A program made the position numbers and the translations under genes. A DNA stretch of 64,000 nucleotides. Source: Nitrospirota bacterium. GTDB taxonomy: Bacteria > Nitrospirota > UBA9217. The stretch spans positions 1 through 64,000 of the forward strand of contig CAVUHW010000008.1 in assembly GCA_963741205.1 (NCBI GenBank). Reading direction: 5' to 3'. Shown one piece after another: positions 31,950 to 42,331 of this stretch. The notes beneath the pieces were generated by a model. The model searched no databases. It had not been told where the DNA came from and saw only the letters and a program-made list of their open reading frames with translations. Every line of letters starts with the position of its first letter. The first letter of the stretch is position 1.

Positions 31950-32032
31950 CGTCATCCCCGAATGCCTCTATCGGGGATCCATTTTGACGTGAATAAAGTG
32001 GATTCCCGCTCAGAATCATTGCGGGAATGACA
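31950..32032. repeat. RPE/dRS3-like palindromic repeat
   Basis: GTCATCCCCGAATG...CGGGGATCCA...TGGATTCCCGC...GCGGGAATGAC. Confidence 0.75.
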
Positions 32033-32099
32033 ATTCATAATGCTGTTATTATTTTGAGACTGTAAATATTTGGCTGGACCGAAGGAAGTGAAAGGGTAT

Positions 32100-32363
32100 A
32101 TGAAGGACGATCAGAAAAAAGCCTCGACACTCAGGTATCGGCGCGGGAAGGACAGCGCGCCCACGGTCGTTGCCAAGGGCAGGGGCTTGGTGGCCAAGAA
32201 GATCATCTCCTTGGCCAGAAAAAACGGCGTCCCTATCCATGAGGACCGGAACCTGGTCGAAATCCTCTCCACGATCGGCCTCTACGAGGAGATCCCGACA
32301 GAGCTCTACAAGGCCGTCGCGGAGACCCTCGCTTATATCCACAAGATGAGCGGCAAACTGTGA
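32100..32363 (+). CDS. stand-alone FlhB C-terminal-domain protein (EscU/YscU/HrcU family)
   Basis: 'APTVVAKGRGLVAKKII..A..NGVPIHED..LV..L...EEIP.ELYKAVAE.LA'. Confidence 0.9.
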   Translation: MKDDQKKASTLRYRRGKDSAPTVVAKGRGLVAKKIISLARKNGVPIHEDRNLVEILSTIGLYEEIPTELYKAVAETLAYIHKMSGKL

Positions 32364-32375
32364 AAGGACGTGCGG

Positions 32376-34529
32376 TCAAATAGTGAGGGAGGTCCTCTGT
32401 TTTGCGTCGAGGATTCGCCGAACCACCGAGAGCAGGTACGGCGATTCAAACGGTTTCTTCAGAAACCCGTCGATTTCTCTTATCCCGTCCTTGTCAGCGA
32501 CATATTTCTCATGTCCCGACATGGCGATAATTTTTACTTCAGGCCTTATCTCTTTTATCTTCTTGATGAGCTCCTTGCCGTCCATCACCGGCATGGCCAT
32601 GTCCGTGATGACGAGCGCTATCTCCTGGGGTATTTTCTTGAAGATGTTGAGCGCCTCGGGGGAAACGCTTATGGCGAATGTCTTGTAGCCGTGACTGGTC
32701 AGGGCGTCCTGGATCGCGTCCAGCATCTCTTTCTCATCGTCGACAATAAGCAGCGTCTCGTCTCCGCCCAAGGAAGCGGATGCGTCTTTCGCCGGCGCGA
32801 GCGCGGCCGAGCGAGCGGGGAGGAATACCGTAAAGGTCGTCCCTTGACCGACCGTGCTCTGGACGGTGATATACCCATTATGCTCCTTGACCGTTCCATA
32901 CACCATGGACAAACCGAGCCCCGTGCCCTTTCCCCGCTCTTTCGTCGTGAAAAACGGCTCAAAAATCTTGTTCACGATATCATCGGGGATTCCCGTCCCG
33001 GTATCGGCGACCGTGAGCCGGACGTATTCTCCCGGCGCGATGTAGTTCGGGTAGTGCAGGCCCTCCTTGATATCGACGACAACCGTTTTGATAGTGATTT
33101 TTCCGCCCTTCGGCATGGCATCCCGCGCGTTGATGATGAGGTTCATGACGATCTGCTCGATATGGTTGGTATCACCCTGGATGTGCGGAATATGGCTGTC
33201 GAGCTCTACGTTTATTTCGATTTTTTTATCGATGACCCGCTCGAGGAGCTTGATCGTATCATACACCACATCGTTAAGATTGAGCGAGACGATCTCAAAC
33301 TTGCTCTTGCGCGCAAAGCCCAGCAGTTTTGAGATCATCCTTCCCGCCCTTCGCGAAGCGTCTTCGATCACGCCGAGGCTGTTTGTCGCCTTTACATCCA
33401 GTACAGAGGTCCTGCGAATGATCTCCGCGTGGCCGAGGATGGCAGTCAGAATGTTATTGAAATCATGGGCGATGCCGCCAGCGAGGACGCCGATGGAATC
33501 CATCTTCTGCGACTGGAACACGTGCTCCTGGAGTCTCTTTCTCTCCGTAATATCGCGGTAAAAGGATTGGATGAACGGTTCATCGCCGATGGTAATCGCT
33601 TTCGCGCTGATCTCGAGCTCGATGGGGGTGCCGTCCTTTTTATTATGTCTGATTTCGAACACGAGGGATTCGCCGCCTAAAATCTTGCGCATCCTCTCCG
33701 CCATTTTTTCTTTGTCACTGTCGCCTTCGAGCAGCTTTATATGCGCACCGACCAATGCATCCCTGCTGAAACCATGCATCTCGCATGCCTTCTCATTCGC
33801 GTTCACGATGACGCCGTTCCTGTCAAGGACGACGATGCCGTCTGTTGCGTTTTCAAAAAGCGACCGGTGCCACTGCTCGGACTTGTTCAGTTCTTTTGTT
33901 CGCTCTGAAACGAGATCTTCAAGTTGCAGAGAGTATTTTTCAAGTTGCTCTTTGTCTCTAGACAGGTCATATTCGAGGGAAAGTTTTTTAGTAAAAAGCT
34001 CATCATTATAATATCTCCATGAAATGGCGATGATCGCTGTTGCTATTAAAAAGACGTTACTGTTAATAAAGACAGGAACATTGGTAATATTATCAATAAT
34101 TAAGATGGGTAGCAGGTAAATTGAATATATTAAGGCACCCATGAATACAGTAAATTCAATGGAAAAAAGAGGAAGAAATCCGAGACAAAACATAAAAACA
34201 ATAATCATACCCACATAATAACTGGATTGATGGCCTCCAAAAGAAAGTATCATTAACTCGACCATAATTGATACAATAAGACCGGCAAAAACACTGGCAC
34301 TCAGTATAAGATAATGATTTGTCGTTAATCTATTTATAACAAATATGATTATGAACAAAAAAGCTGTTATTGATCTGTACATTAAGAATTTAGAGAAATT
34401 TTCAGGAGTGACAAAATAATCTAATACACTTAATGACATGATAACGACAGCTCCGGAAGCAATTGCGAACGAGCCCCAGTACTGGAGTAATTTGGTGGTT
34501 TCTTGTTCTATATACTGTTTTTTATTCAT
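32376..34529 (-). CDS. membrane hybrid sensor kinase (multi-TM input, PAS, HisKA, HATPase, REC)
   Basis: About six hydrophobic segments incl. 'GGHQSSYYVG'; PAS; AHDFNNIL; FEPFFTTK; GTGLGL; C-terminal REC. Confidence 0.93.
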   Translation of the reverse strand: MNKKQYIEQETTKLLQYWGSFAIASGAVVIMSLSVLDYFVTPENFSKFLMYRSITAFLFIIIFVINRLTTNHYLILSASVFAGLIVSIMVELMILSFGGHQSSYYVGMIIVFMFCLGFLPLFSIEFTVFMGALIYSIYLLPILIIDNITNVPVFINSNVFLIATAIIAISWRYYNDELFTKKLSLEYDLSRDKEQLEKYSLQLEDLVSERTKELNKSEQWHRSLFENATDGIVVLDRNGVIVNANEKACEMHGFSRDALVGAHIKLLEGDSDKEKMAERMRKILGGESLVFEIRHNKKDGTPIELEISAKAITIGDEPFIQSFYRDITERKRLQEHVFQSQKMDSIGVLAGGIAHDFNNILTAILGHAEIIRRTSVLDVKATNSLGVIEDASRRAGRMISKLLGFARKSKFEIVSLNLNDVVYDTIKLLERVIDKKIEINVELDSHIPHIQGDTNHIEQIVMNLIINARDAMPKGGKITIKTVVVDIKEGLHYPNYIAPGEYVRLTVADTGTGIPDDIVNKIFEPFFTTKERGKGTGLGLSMVYGTVKEHNGYITVQSTVGQGTTFTVFLPARSAALAPAKDASASLGGDETLLIVDDEKEMLDAIQDALTSHGYKTFAISVSPEALNIFKKIPQEIALVITDMAMPVMDGKELIKKIKEIRPEVKIIAMSGHEKYVADKDGIREIDGFLKKPFESPYLLSVVRRILDAKQRTSLTI

Positions 34530-34620
34530 AGTATGAATTATAGCACAATTGTCTTAAAAAACCCTATTCATATTGCTGCCTTCACGACAACTTCGGAGTG
34601 GGCAGCGGCAATCCGTTACT

Positions 34621-34767
34621 TTAAAAGGAAGTACAGTAGTTTACCGGCTTAGAATGTTGCTCGGCAAGAAGGATCTTCATCCCTGCCTTTGCAAGATAAC
34701 AACTGCATACCAGATCGATTACGCCAGCTATAATCACAGCATTATAATATTCCTTCATTTTTAACAT
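34621..34767 (-). pseudogene. N-terminal remnant of a phytoene-desaturase-like FAD oxidoreductase
   Basis: Manual translation MLKMKEYYNAVIIAGVIDLVCSCYLAKAGMKILLAEQHSKPVNYCTSF*: degenerate Rossmann GxGxxG...E...PGGY pattern. Confidence 0.7.
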
Positions 34768-35017
34768 TTACGATTTTTGATTCAATAAATTATTTACGAG
34801 CTCTACGGCCTCTTTCACAGTAGTAATTTTAGGGACATCCTCATCTCTCATTGAAACTTTAAATTTTTTTTCAATTGCAACGGTGATTTCAATCGCTTTA
34901 ATAGAGTCTACTTCCAAGATCCTCAAAAAAATTTTTTTCCGGAGTTATTTCATCTTCATCAAATCCCGATACATCGGATATTATTGCAATTATTGATTTT
35001 TCTACAGTATCCACCAT
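34768..35017 (-). CDS. acyl carrier protein (one indel; not in the ORF track)
   Basis: MVDTVEKSIIAIISDVSGFDEDEITPEKNFFEDL/EVDSIKAIEITVAIEKKFKVSMRDEDVPKITTVKEAVELV with DS phosphopantetheine site. Confidence 0.88.
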
Positions 35018-35036
35018 TGTTTACACTTTCATCTCC

Positions 35037-36256
35037 TTAGCCAGTATATTTTTTTAGAACCAGACAGGCATTATTGCCGCCAAACGCATACGAGTTATTT
35101 AATGCGATCGTGACTGCATGTTTTCTTGCATGATTGGGCACACAGTCAATATCACATTCAGGGTCAGGTGTTTCATAGTTGATAGTTGGAGGTATAATAT
35201 CATTTTTAATGGCAAGTGCGCAAGCGATTGCTTCGATTGCTGAAGCTGCGCCCATAGTGTGGCCGAGCATGGATTTAATGGAACTGCGGGAATCTTTTTA
35301 TAGTGAGTCCCAAAAATCTCTTTGATGGCAGCAGATTCGTTCCTATCATTCGTAAGCGTTCCTGTTCCGTGAGCACTTATATAATCTACATGCTCGACCG
35401 TAATCCCTGTCTCCTGAATTGCTTTTTTCATACATGCTGCGATACCTTCTGTGGAGGAAGTGGTCATGTGAAATGCATCACAACTAAGACCATACCCCAG
35501 AACCTCGGCGTAAATGTTACGCGTTTCTCTGTCAATGCACTTTCAAGAGGTTCAAGAACCACTATTCCTGCGCCTTCGGCCACCATCATCCCTTTTCTGT
35601 TTTTATCAAAAGGCTGGCACTTTTCAGGAGCACGGCAGAGAATTGATTAAACCCCGTGAAGGCAACCTTCGAAAGCGGATCTGCGCCGCCTGCCAGCACG
35701 ACATCTGCCCACCAAACCTGATTAAATCAAACCCATACCCTATTGCATAATTACCTGCTGCAGCAGGCAGTAGAAAACATCATATTGGACCGCAAATGCC
35801 AAATTCCTTGGCGATTGCAGGAGGGGTTGAGTGTGTCGGTACCTGGCATAATAAATCATTATGCTGAAATCGTCTCTTTCTTCGTGTACAATGATTTCAT
35901 TAACTTATTTCACAGGACTGCACTGATCCCATAGTCGTTCCAACACAGGTAGCCAACCTTCATGTTTGAAATTTCATCTTTTGATAGTTGGGCATCTCTA
36001 ATTGCAAGCTTTGAGCCGCAAGTGCCATCTGTGATGCTCGGCTAAGGGATTTAAGTTTATCCTCTCGGAATAAAGTGTTCAGCCTTGAAATTTTTAACCT
36101 CGTCCACCGTTATGAGTAAAATGATTTGTCGTATCAAAAGATGACACTGGGCTTATTCCTGATTTGCCTTTAAGAAGGCCATCCCAGAATTCTTCCTTAC
36201 CGATACCAATGGATGATATGATCCCAAGTCCTGTTATGACTACTCGTCTTATTCAT
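35037..36256 (-). CDS. beta-ketoacyl-ACP synthase (FabF-like KS; multiple indels)
   Basis: RVVITGLG start, TAC(A)AG active Cys, [21 protein letters not shown]. Confidence 0.9.
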
Positions 36257-36690
36257 CTCTTACACTAAATACAAGCTCTGCCTCTGCTATTTTTTTGTCG
36301 TCGACAAATGCCTCGCCCGACACATAGGCGCCGTTCGGCAGGGATTTGACATTTTCAACCTTTATCTTCAACTGGTCACCTGGTACCGCAGGGTGAAGAA
36401 ATCGCGCCTTGACCGATCCAAAATAATAAATCTGCTTTTTGTCTCCTTCTGTCTTTTTTTCTTACGTTGCAAAAAGGACGATGGCAGTCTGTGCCATTGC
36501 CTCGATTATGAAAGCACCGGGCATAACGGCCTTTTCAGGGAAATGGCCAAGGAAGACCATATCATTCCCTGAAATATTCTTCACTGCAACTGCGTGTTTC
36601 CCGGGTTCAATTTCCAAGACCCTGTCGATCATGATGAAGGGAAAACGCTGGGGAATGAGTCTTTTTTATTTCTTCGAAGTCAAGCTGCAT
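36249..36690 (-). CDS. fabZ: 3-hydroxyacyl-ACP dehydratase, FabZ-like (indels)
   Basis: [39 protein letters not shown]. Confidence 0.9.
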
Positions 36691-37934
36691 TCGTCACCTT
36701 TGTAGACGCCTACAACAACGGCTGTGTTCTGACCGTATGGGTCAGTTGAAGTTACGAGTACGTTCTTTACTGCTTTTTTGTCTCGCTTCATTCCGGGACA
36801 TAATCGAGATCGCACTCGGGGTCTCTTTCCTTATAGTTTACCGTGGGAGATATTAATCCATTCTGTAGTGCACCTACCCCAGCTGATAGGGAAAGAGCGC
36901 CGGAAGCTGAAAACGACTCGCCTACCATGGATTTTATCGAACTCACCGGGTACCGTGTAGGCATGCTTTCCGAAAATCTCTTTTATCACCTTTGTCTCCA
37001 TCCGGTCAAGACCGCTAGTCGAATTGGCACAGGCACAGATATAGTCTATGTCTTCCGGATTGAGAGAGGCGTCTTTTAATGCAAGGATAATGGCGTTCTT
37101 TAATCCTTGTCCTGCATGATTGAAGTGGTTTCCGGCAGAAGGATCAAAAGCATTGCCATATCCCAGAACCCTTGCAAGAATGGTGGCGCCTCTGTTTACA
37201 TGCATGATCCTCATCTTCAAGTACCAGCACTGCCGCGCCTTCAGAAAGCATTATTCCGTTCCTTCTTGCATCAAAGGGGCAGCAAATAGGCTCTGAGCTG
37301 TCCGTCCCCGATAAAAAACCAAGCTTATGAAAGCCCAAAAAAGTCTCCTCGCAAAGCTCTTCAACACCGCCTGCAAGTACAACATTCGCCCTGTTTAATC
37401 GTATGAAATCAGCAGCATAGGAGACGGCATCAAGGCTGGCGCAGAAGCCTGTGGATATGGTGGTATTGAACCCTTTGATCTTGATCGGATGGACACATGG
37501 CTTGCTGGAGAATTTATCACGGTGTTCGGAAAGTGCGAGGGATTGACAGAGCCGCGGACCTTCGATAAGGCCAGAGCGGTCAAATTGGGAGATGCTGTGG
37601 AGACTGCCGAAGGTCGTGCCGATAGAGACGCCTGTAGAATGGGCGTTTTCGTCGGTGATCTCGAGCCTGGCGTCATCAATGGCCAGTTTAGCGGCGGAGC
37701 ATATCAACCTTGTGCTTCTGTCGAGGTCCCGCAGCCCTTTCTTGCCGAGCAGAGAAAGAGGATCAAAGTCGACTATCTCGCCGGCGCGATGGACTTGAAA
37801 GGGCGTTGTATCGAAGAGGGATATTTCTCCAGAATCCCGTTTTCCCCTGGAATAGACCCGTCCCAGTAGTTATCCCTGCCGATACCGATGGGCGATAAGA
37901 CCCCTATGCCTGAGATTACGACCTTTCTCTGCAT
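36666..37934 (-). CDS. ketosynthase-like chain-length factor (likely non-catalytic KS; indels)
   Basis: KS fold (KVVISGIG, FPNTVINSPAS, PFDARRNG..LSEGAA) but STGFCAS, CANST and DPYGQN replace TAC, HGTGT and FGG. Confidence 0.8.
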
Positions 37935-37940
37935 CGTCGT

Positions 37941-38694
37941 TTAGATCCCCAATCCTCCGTCTATCTGTATTACTTGTCCCGTGATGTACTGCGATGCATC
38001 GCTCGCCAGGAATACGACAGCCTGCGCCACTTCATCCGCGGATGCCGAATCTTCCAAGCGGGATCATTTTCATGGCTTTTTCCCTGAAGGTGTCGCTGAA
38101 GGCCGCTGTCATATCAGTGTCCACAAAACCGGGAGCGACGGCATTGACTCTGATGTTATACGGCGCCACTTCTTTTGCCAGCGACTTGGTAAAGCCGATT
38201 ACTCCGGCCTTTGCCGCCGCGTAATTGACCTGGCCGGGGAGGGGATGGATGCCGCTGACCGACGAGATATTGACAATGATTCCGCTCTTTTGCTTGAGAA
38301 AGGTGATGATGCATGCGCGGGTTGTATTGAAAACGCCGGTGAGATCGGTATCTATTACGTCGGACCAATCCTCTTTGCTCATCATCATAAGGGACTTGTC
38401 CCGCGTTATGCCGGCGTTATTGACGAGGATATCGAGCCGTCCGAATTCCTTTTTTACCTCTTCAATGAGCGTCTTTGCGCCCTCAAAATCCCTCACATCC
38501 AGTTGAAAAGGTGTTGCCCTCCTGCCCATTCCCTGAACTTCTTTTGCCAGCGATTCCGCTGCAGAAGGGTTTCTCGTATACGTGAATGCGCAGTCAGCGC
38601 CTTCACGACACAGGGCAAGAACGATCGAGCGGCCTATGCCCCTCGTCCCACCCGTTACGATCGCCACCTTATTGAGAAATAAATTTTTCTCCAT
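37941..38694 (-). CDS. fabG: 3-oxoacyl-ACP reductase (indel near 38040)
   Basis: TGGTRGIG, NNAGITRD, YAAAK, APGF; YITGQVIQIDGG in shifted frame. Confidence 0.93.
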
Positions 38695-39004
38695 GCTTTA
38701 AGCGTTCAATTTAACATAGCCTTGAACAGTAATCAAGAGTAATCACGTCAGGGGATGGGAATTACACGATGGGATGAGCAAAATCTTGCAAGCTGCATCG
38801 TTGCGTAGTGAATCACTGGATGCATAAAAAGATCACTACAGCGGGTGCAGGATTAGCACAGATAGTTTGATCGCAGCATGACCATATACGTGCGCAGGGT
38901 CAATTATGCGTACTTCCGGATTACCGCCTTGAGTGGTCTGGCTGGCTCAGGGTTATGGGGTCGAATGAGGGCAGGGTGTCATTAGCAAAGTTCAGTGCAT
39001 TCTC

Positions 39005-40056
39005 TTAATGCTTCGTTGCAATATAAAAAATTATCGAACCCGATTTTACTCGGGTCATTGTAATGCGCTGCTGGGGATTTCAGCGCGACGGAACAATCTT
39101 TCAAAATCATCATCAGTACGCTGCAAGAAACCATCCCAGTCAGCGAACCAGTGATAAAGTTGCGACCGGTAACGGTTTGCATCCTTGAAAGCCGCTATGA
39201 GCTTTCCGCCAGGGTTAAGCAGCATATAGAGGGTACTGAGCAGTTTCACGAGGAAATCATCGGCCAAGTAATCGAAGTATCCAACACTGTAAATGATATC
39301 CTGCATGCCGAATGCAGACACGGCGGTCTCGTAGTCGAACATTCTGAGGGCATTATATTGAATGAATTCTGCACGGTCTGCCGAGAGGCCGGCATATGAT
39401 AAACGATTGAGAGCGAAATCAAGGGCGTCGGAGTCTAAATCGATGCATTTGAAGTGGGCCCCGGACTTTTCAATTTCTGGTACTATTTCATGCAGCTCAC
39501 GGCATGAGCCGCAGGCGATGTCGAGGACTTTCGGATATTGTCTGTTAATCAGCTCTGTTTTCAGCAGCTCAGCCAGTTTTCGCATTCTTTCTCGCACCCC
39601 TACCGCAAGGGTTGCAGAAAGCACATATTTATCGAGATAATATCCTATCCCCTCCGACATCGGCGTATTTCTGTACATGAATTCTATTGTTTTATAATCT
39701 CCCTGGTATCCTTGAGGCCAAGTCCGGACCCGATTTGCACCGTAGCTTTTGGATACAATAGGTTCCGTCTTATCACGAAAGGCCACCTGTGCCGCCTTGA
39801 TTGCAGCCTTGTCATTTACCAACTTCTCAAATTGCTCGCATACCTGGAGCATCGAGTCATTCAGGACCGTAAGCTCCTGAAAGATGCTCTCGGGATCTCC
39901 TTCCTTGCTTATGCACCTTCGTTCAATGTCCCTGAGCGTATCCATATAGTGATCGGTCGTCGCTTCAAGGTAGCTGATATACTTCTCGCTCTCCTCGCTG
40001 ACGAGCAACGCATTTTCATTGATTTCTTCGTTATCATAACCCCAAGAATTTTGCAT
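39005..40056 (-). CDS. class I SAM-dependent methyltransferase, PhcB-like (indel near 39060)
   Basis: VLDIACGS, IDLD, YSVGYFDYL, LNPGG; N-terminal 'WPQGYQGDY...Y.N...VRER' resembles the GYAGD motif I recall from PhcB-like enzymes. Confidence 0.8.
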
Positions 40057-40407
40057 GACCCACCCTCCTGGACATTTTGCGTATTGTCAAAAGCCGCGAC
40101 AGCGATCACAGGAAAATCTTGTAATATTCAACTTTTTCACGTCATAGATTATCGTATCTACAAAGTTCTGTCAATATTTTTATAAAAAAGGATGTACGAT
40201 CTAAGTTGTATATATGCAGTTTTTTGCACCTTGATTGGAATCTGGAAATGGTGGTTTTTAAGACGATTCTACGACCTGGTTATATAATACGAATACGAGA
40301 GAGGGAAGTAACAGTTGCGACAATTCGCATCCCCATTTCACAATGCGATGGGATCCTGCTAATGCAAAGTAGCGTTGTAGGAATCGTGTGGTTAAGAAAA
40401 AGTGACA

Positions 40408-40944
40408 TCATTTTCTCTTGTAAAGTCCGATCAACTCGTTTTGAGCAACAATGTGCCCCTTCATTGCTTTTTCAAGCGCAGCCTTTGTTGTGTTCGCGCC
40501 GGGAGTGAGAGTAGCGTCGAGCGCATAAAGTTTAAAGTAATATCGGTGAGTGCCGGATGGGGGGCAGGGGCCGCCATAGTTGCGGTTCCTGAAGTCATTA
40601 ATGCCCTGTTGGGCCCCTGAAGGAACGGAATTTTCCTTGATAGTAGTAACCATGGGATCAATGTTCCAGACCACCCAATGCACCCACGTTCCCGCCGGCG
40701 CGTCCGGATCGTCGACGATCAGGGCAAGCGACTTTGCGTTTGCCGGAACGTTTTCGATGGCAAGGGCGGGGTTTACGTCCGCTCCATCGCAGGTAAACTT
40801 GGCCGGAATGTGCTCATTGTGTTTAAAGTTTGGGCTTGATATCTTCATCGTACTCATTTCACTAGCCTCCGTTCGAATGGGATGAAATGCGAGGGTGATG
40901 AATACAAACAAAAATGCCGTACTCCTCGTTATCCGCACGCACAA
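40408..40944 (-). CDS. YbhB/YbcL family (PEBP/RKIP-like) protein
   Basis: DDPDAP, WVHWVVWNI, YGGPCPP, HRYYFKLYALD. Confidence 0.95.
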   Translation of the reverse strand: MCVRITRSTAFLFVFITLAFHPIRTEASEMSTMKISSPNFKHNEHIPAKFTCDGADVNPALAIENVPANAKSLALIVDDPDAPAGTWVHWVVWNIDPMVTTIKENSVPSGAQQGINDFRNRNYGGPCPPSGTHRYYFKLYALDATLTPGANTTKAALEKAMKGHIVAQNELIGLYKRK

Positions 40945-41203
40945 TCCTCCGCTCAGGTTTTTCTATTAAGAATGATACCACAACTTCACGGCGCATGAGG
41001 ACCGTTAACCGGCCGCGCTGAAAATGAGGAGGGGATCGCAGGAAAACAATAAAACGAGTATACTAAATGGTATCCCGGCGCGTTCAACCATGCTGTCGTC
41101 CGCCGTGTCTCATGGTTATGCCGTCCTGCGGCGCGGAAGAGGGGGTGAAAAAAAGACAGTCCCGCGGACATTAAATTTATCCGGTTGCGAAAGGAGAGCA
41201 TCG

Positions 41204-41611
41204 ATGAGAAAAGCAAATGGAGGGAGAAGCAAGAGTATCAGATGGTCTGTTGTTTTGGTCGCGACCGCCGGTCTGGTCCTGTGGGCTTCCGCCGATATCT
41301 TCGCACAGGGGCGCGGGCCGTGCGCTGAAGACGCGGCCAAATACTGCAAGGATGTTCAGCCTGGCGGAGGCCGCATGGCACAGTGCCTGAAAGAGCACGA
41401 GAACGAGCTGTCCGCCGCCTGCAAGGAGCACATCGCGCAGATGAAGCAGAAGGGAAAGGAGATCCATGAGGCCTGCCAGGACGATGCCTTGAAGCTCTGC
41501 AAGGATGTGAAGCCGGGCGGTGGTAGGATCCTCAAGTGTCTCAAGGAACATGAGAGCGAGCTTTCCCCCGCGTGCAAGGAAAAGCTGCCGAAGGGTAGAA
41601 AGGGACAGTAA
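41204..41611 (+). CDS. secreted cysteine-rich repeat protein (two C-x-x-D-x-x-x-x-C repeats)
   Basis: Signal peptide; CAEDAAKYCKDVQPGGGRMAQCLKEHENELSAACK repeated. Confidence 0.85.
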   Translation: MRKANGGRSKSIRWSVVLVATAGLVLWASADIFAQGRGPCAEDAAKYCKDVQPGGGRMAQCLKEHENELSAACKEHIAQMKQKGKEIHEACQDDALKLCKDVKPGGGRILKCLKEHESELSPACKEKLPKGRKGQ

Positions 41612-41701
41612 CGGCGCACTGTAGCCGGGCAGGGGAGATCGGTGTGATCATTGAGGGGCGGAGTGAATCAGGACCCAAGTGATTGAGATTGACAAAAGGC
41701 G

Positions 41702-41741
41702 TGCAAATGCAGGTCTGGATATCTCCGGGCCTGCATTTGTA
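41702..41741. terminator. hairpin between convergent genes
   Basis: TGCAAATGCAGGTCTGGA-TATC-TCCGGGCCTGCATTTGTA. Confidence 0.7.
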
Positions 41742-41752
41742 GACGGCCGCCG

Positions 41753-41962
41753 TTACGTTGATGTCTTTACCACATGCGCTGCCTTCGGGCCTTTGGGGCT
41801 ATCGACAACCTCGAACGTCACTTCGTCGCCCTCGGCCAAGGTCTTGTAGCCTTCACTCTCGATCTCGCTGTAGTGCACGAAGACATCTCCGCCGTCTTCC
41901 TTTGCAATGAACCCGAAGCCTTTGGACTCATTGAACCATTTGACTTTTCCTCTTGTTGCCAT
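41753..41962 (-). CDS. cspA: cold-shock protein
   Basis: [22 protein letters not shown]. Confidence 0.95.
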   Translation of the reverse strand: MATRGKVKWFNESKGFGFIAKEDGGDVFVHYSEIESEGYKTLAEGDEVTFEVVDSPKGPKAAHVVKTST

Positions 41963-42245
41963 GCTACGCGCCTCCTTTCCGTGGAATTGAAGATTACGGA
42001 AATGCCGCAACAAAAAAGCCGCGAAGCTACAGAGTCTTCGCGGCCTTTCGTACTGCAAAAAACTTCCGAACTTCTAATAATATGTTCACACTCCGGCCCT
42101 ATGAAGTCAAGGGCTAATTGACGCTGTGCAGTGCCCCTCCGCAACAGATATCAATGCATGCGCTCCATGGCCTTCTGCTTCATCCTCCTCCTCTTGTCCC
42201 GGATCAAACGACAGTTGTTCGCACAAAACGGGCGGATTTGTTTCC

Positions 42246-42275
42246 TTGACAAGTGAACAAATGTTCACCTATAAT
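42246..42275 (+). promoter_or_regulatory. consensus sigma-70 promoter containing an SOS (GAAC-N4-GTTC) box
   Basis: TTGACA 42246-42251, palindrome GTGAAC-AAAT-GTTCAC 42253-42268, TATAAT 42270-42275. Confidence 0.9.
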
Positions 42276-42331
42276 ATGTTCATCCGGAAAGCGCGCCTAA
42301 AGGTCCGATCCGGCAAGAAAAGAGGCGTGCC

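Noticed and set aside
34768-38694. Housekeeping fatty-acid synthesis operon or aryl-polyene/ladderane cluster
   Set aside because: No plsX, fabH or fabD, and a CLF-like subunit is present, so it is not housekeeping; the glycosyltransferase, LolA/MMPL and radical-SAM genes typical of the other cluster types are absent from the window.
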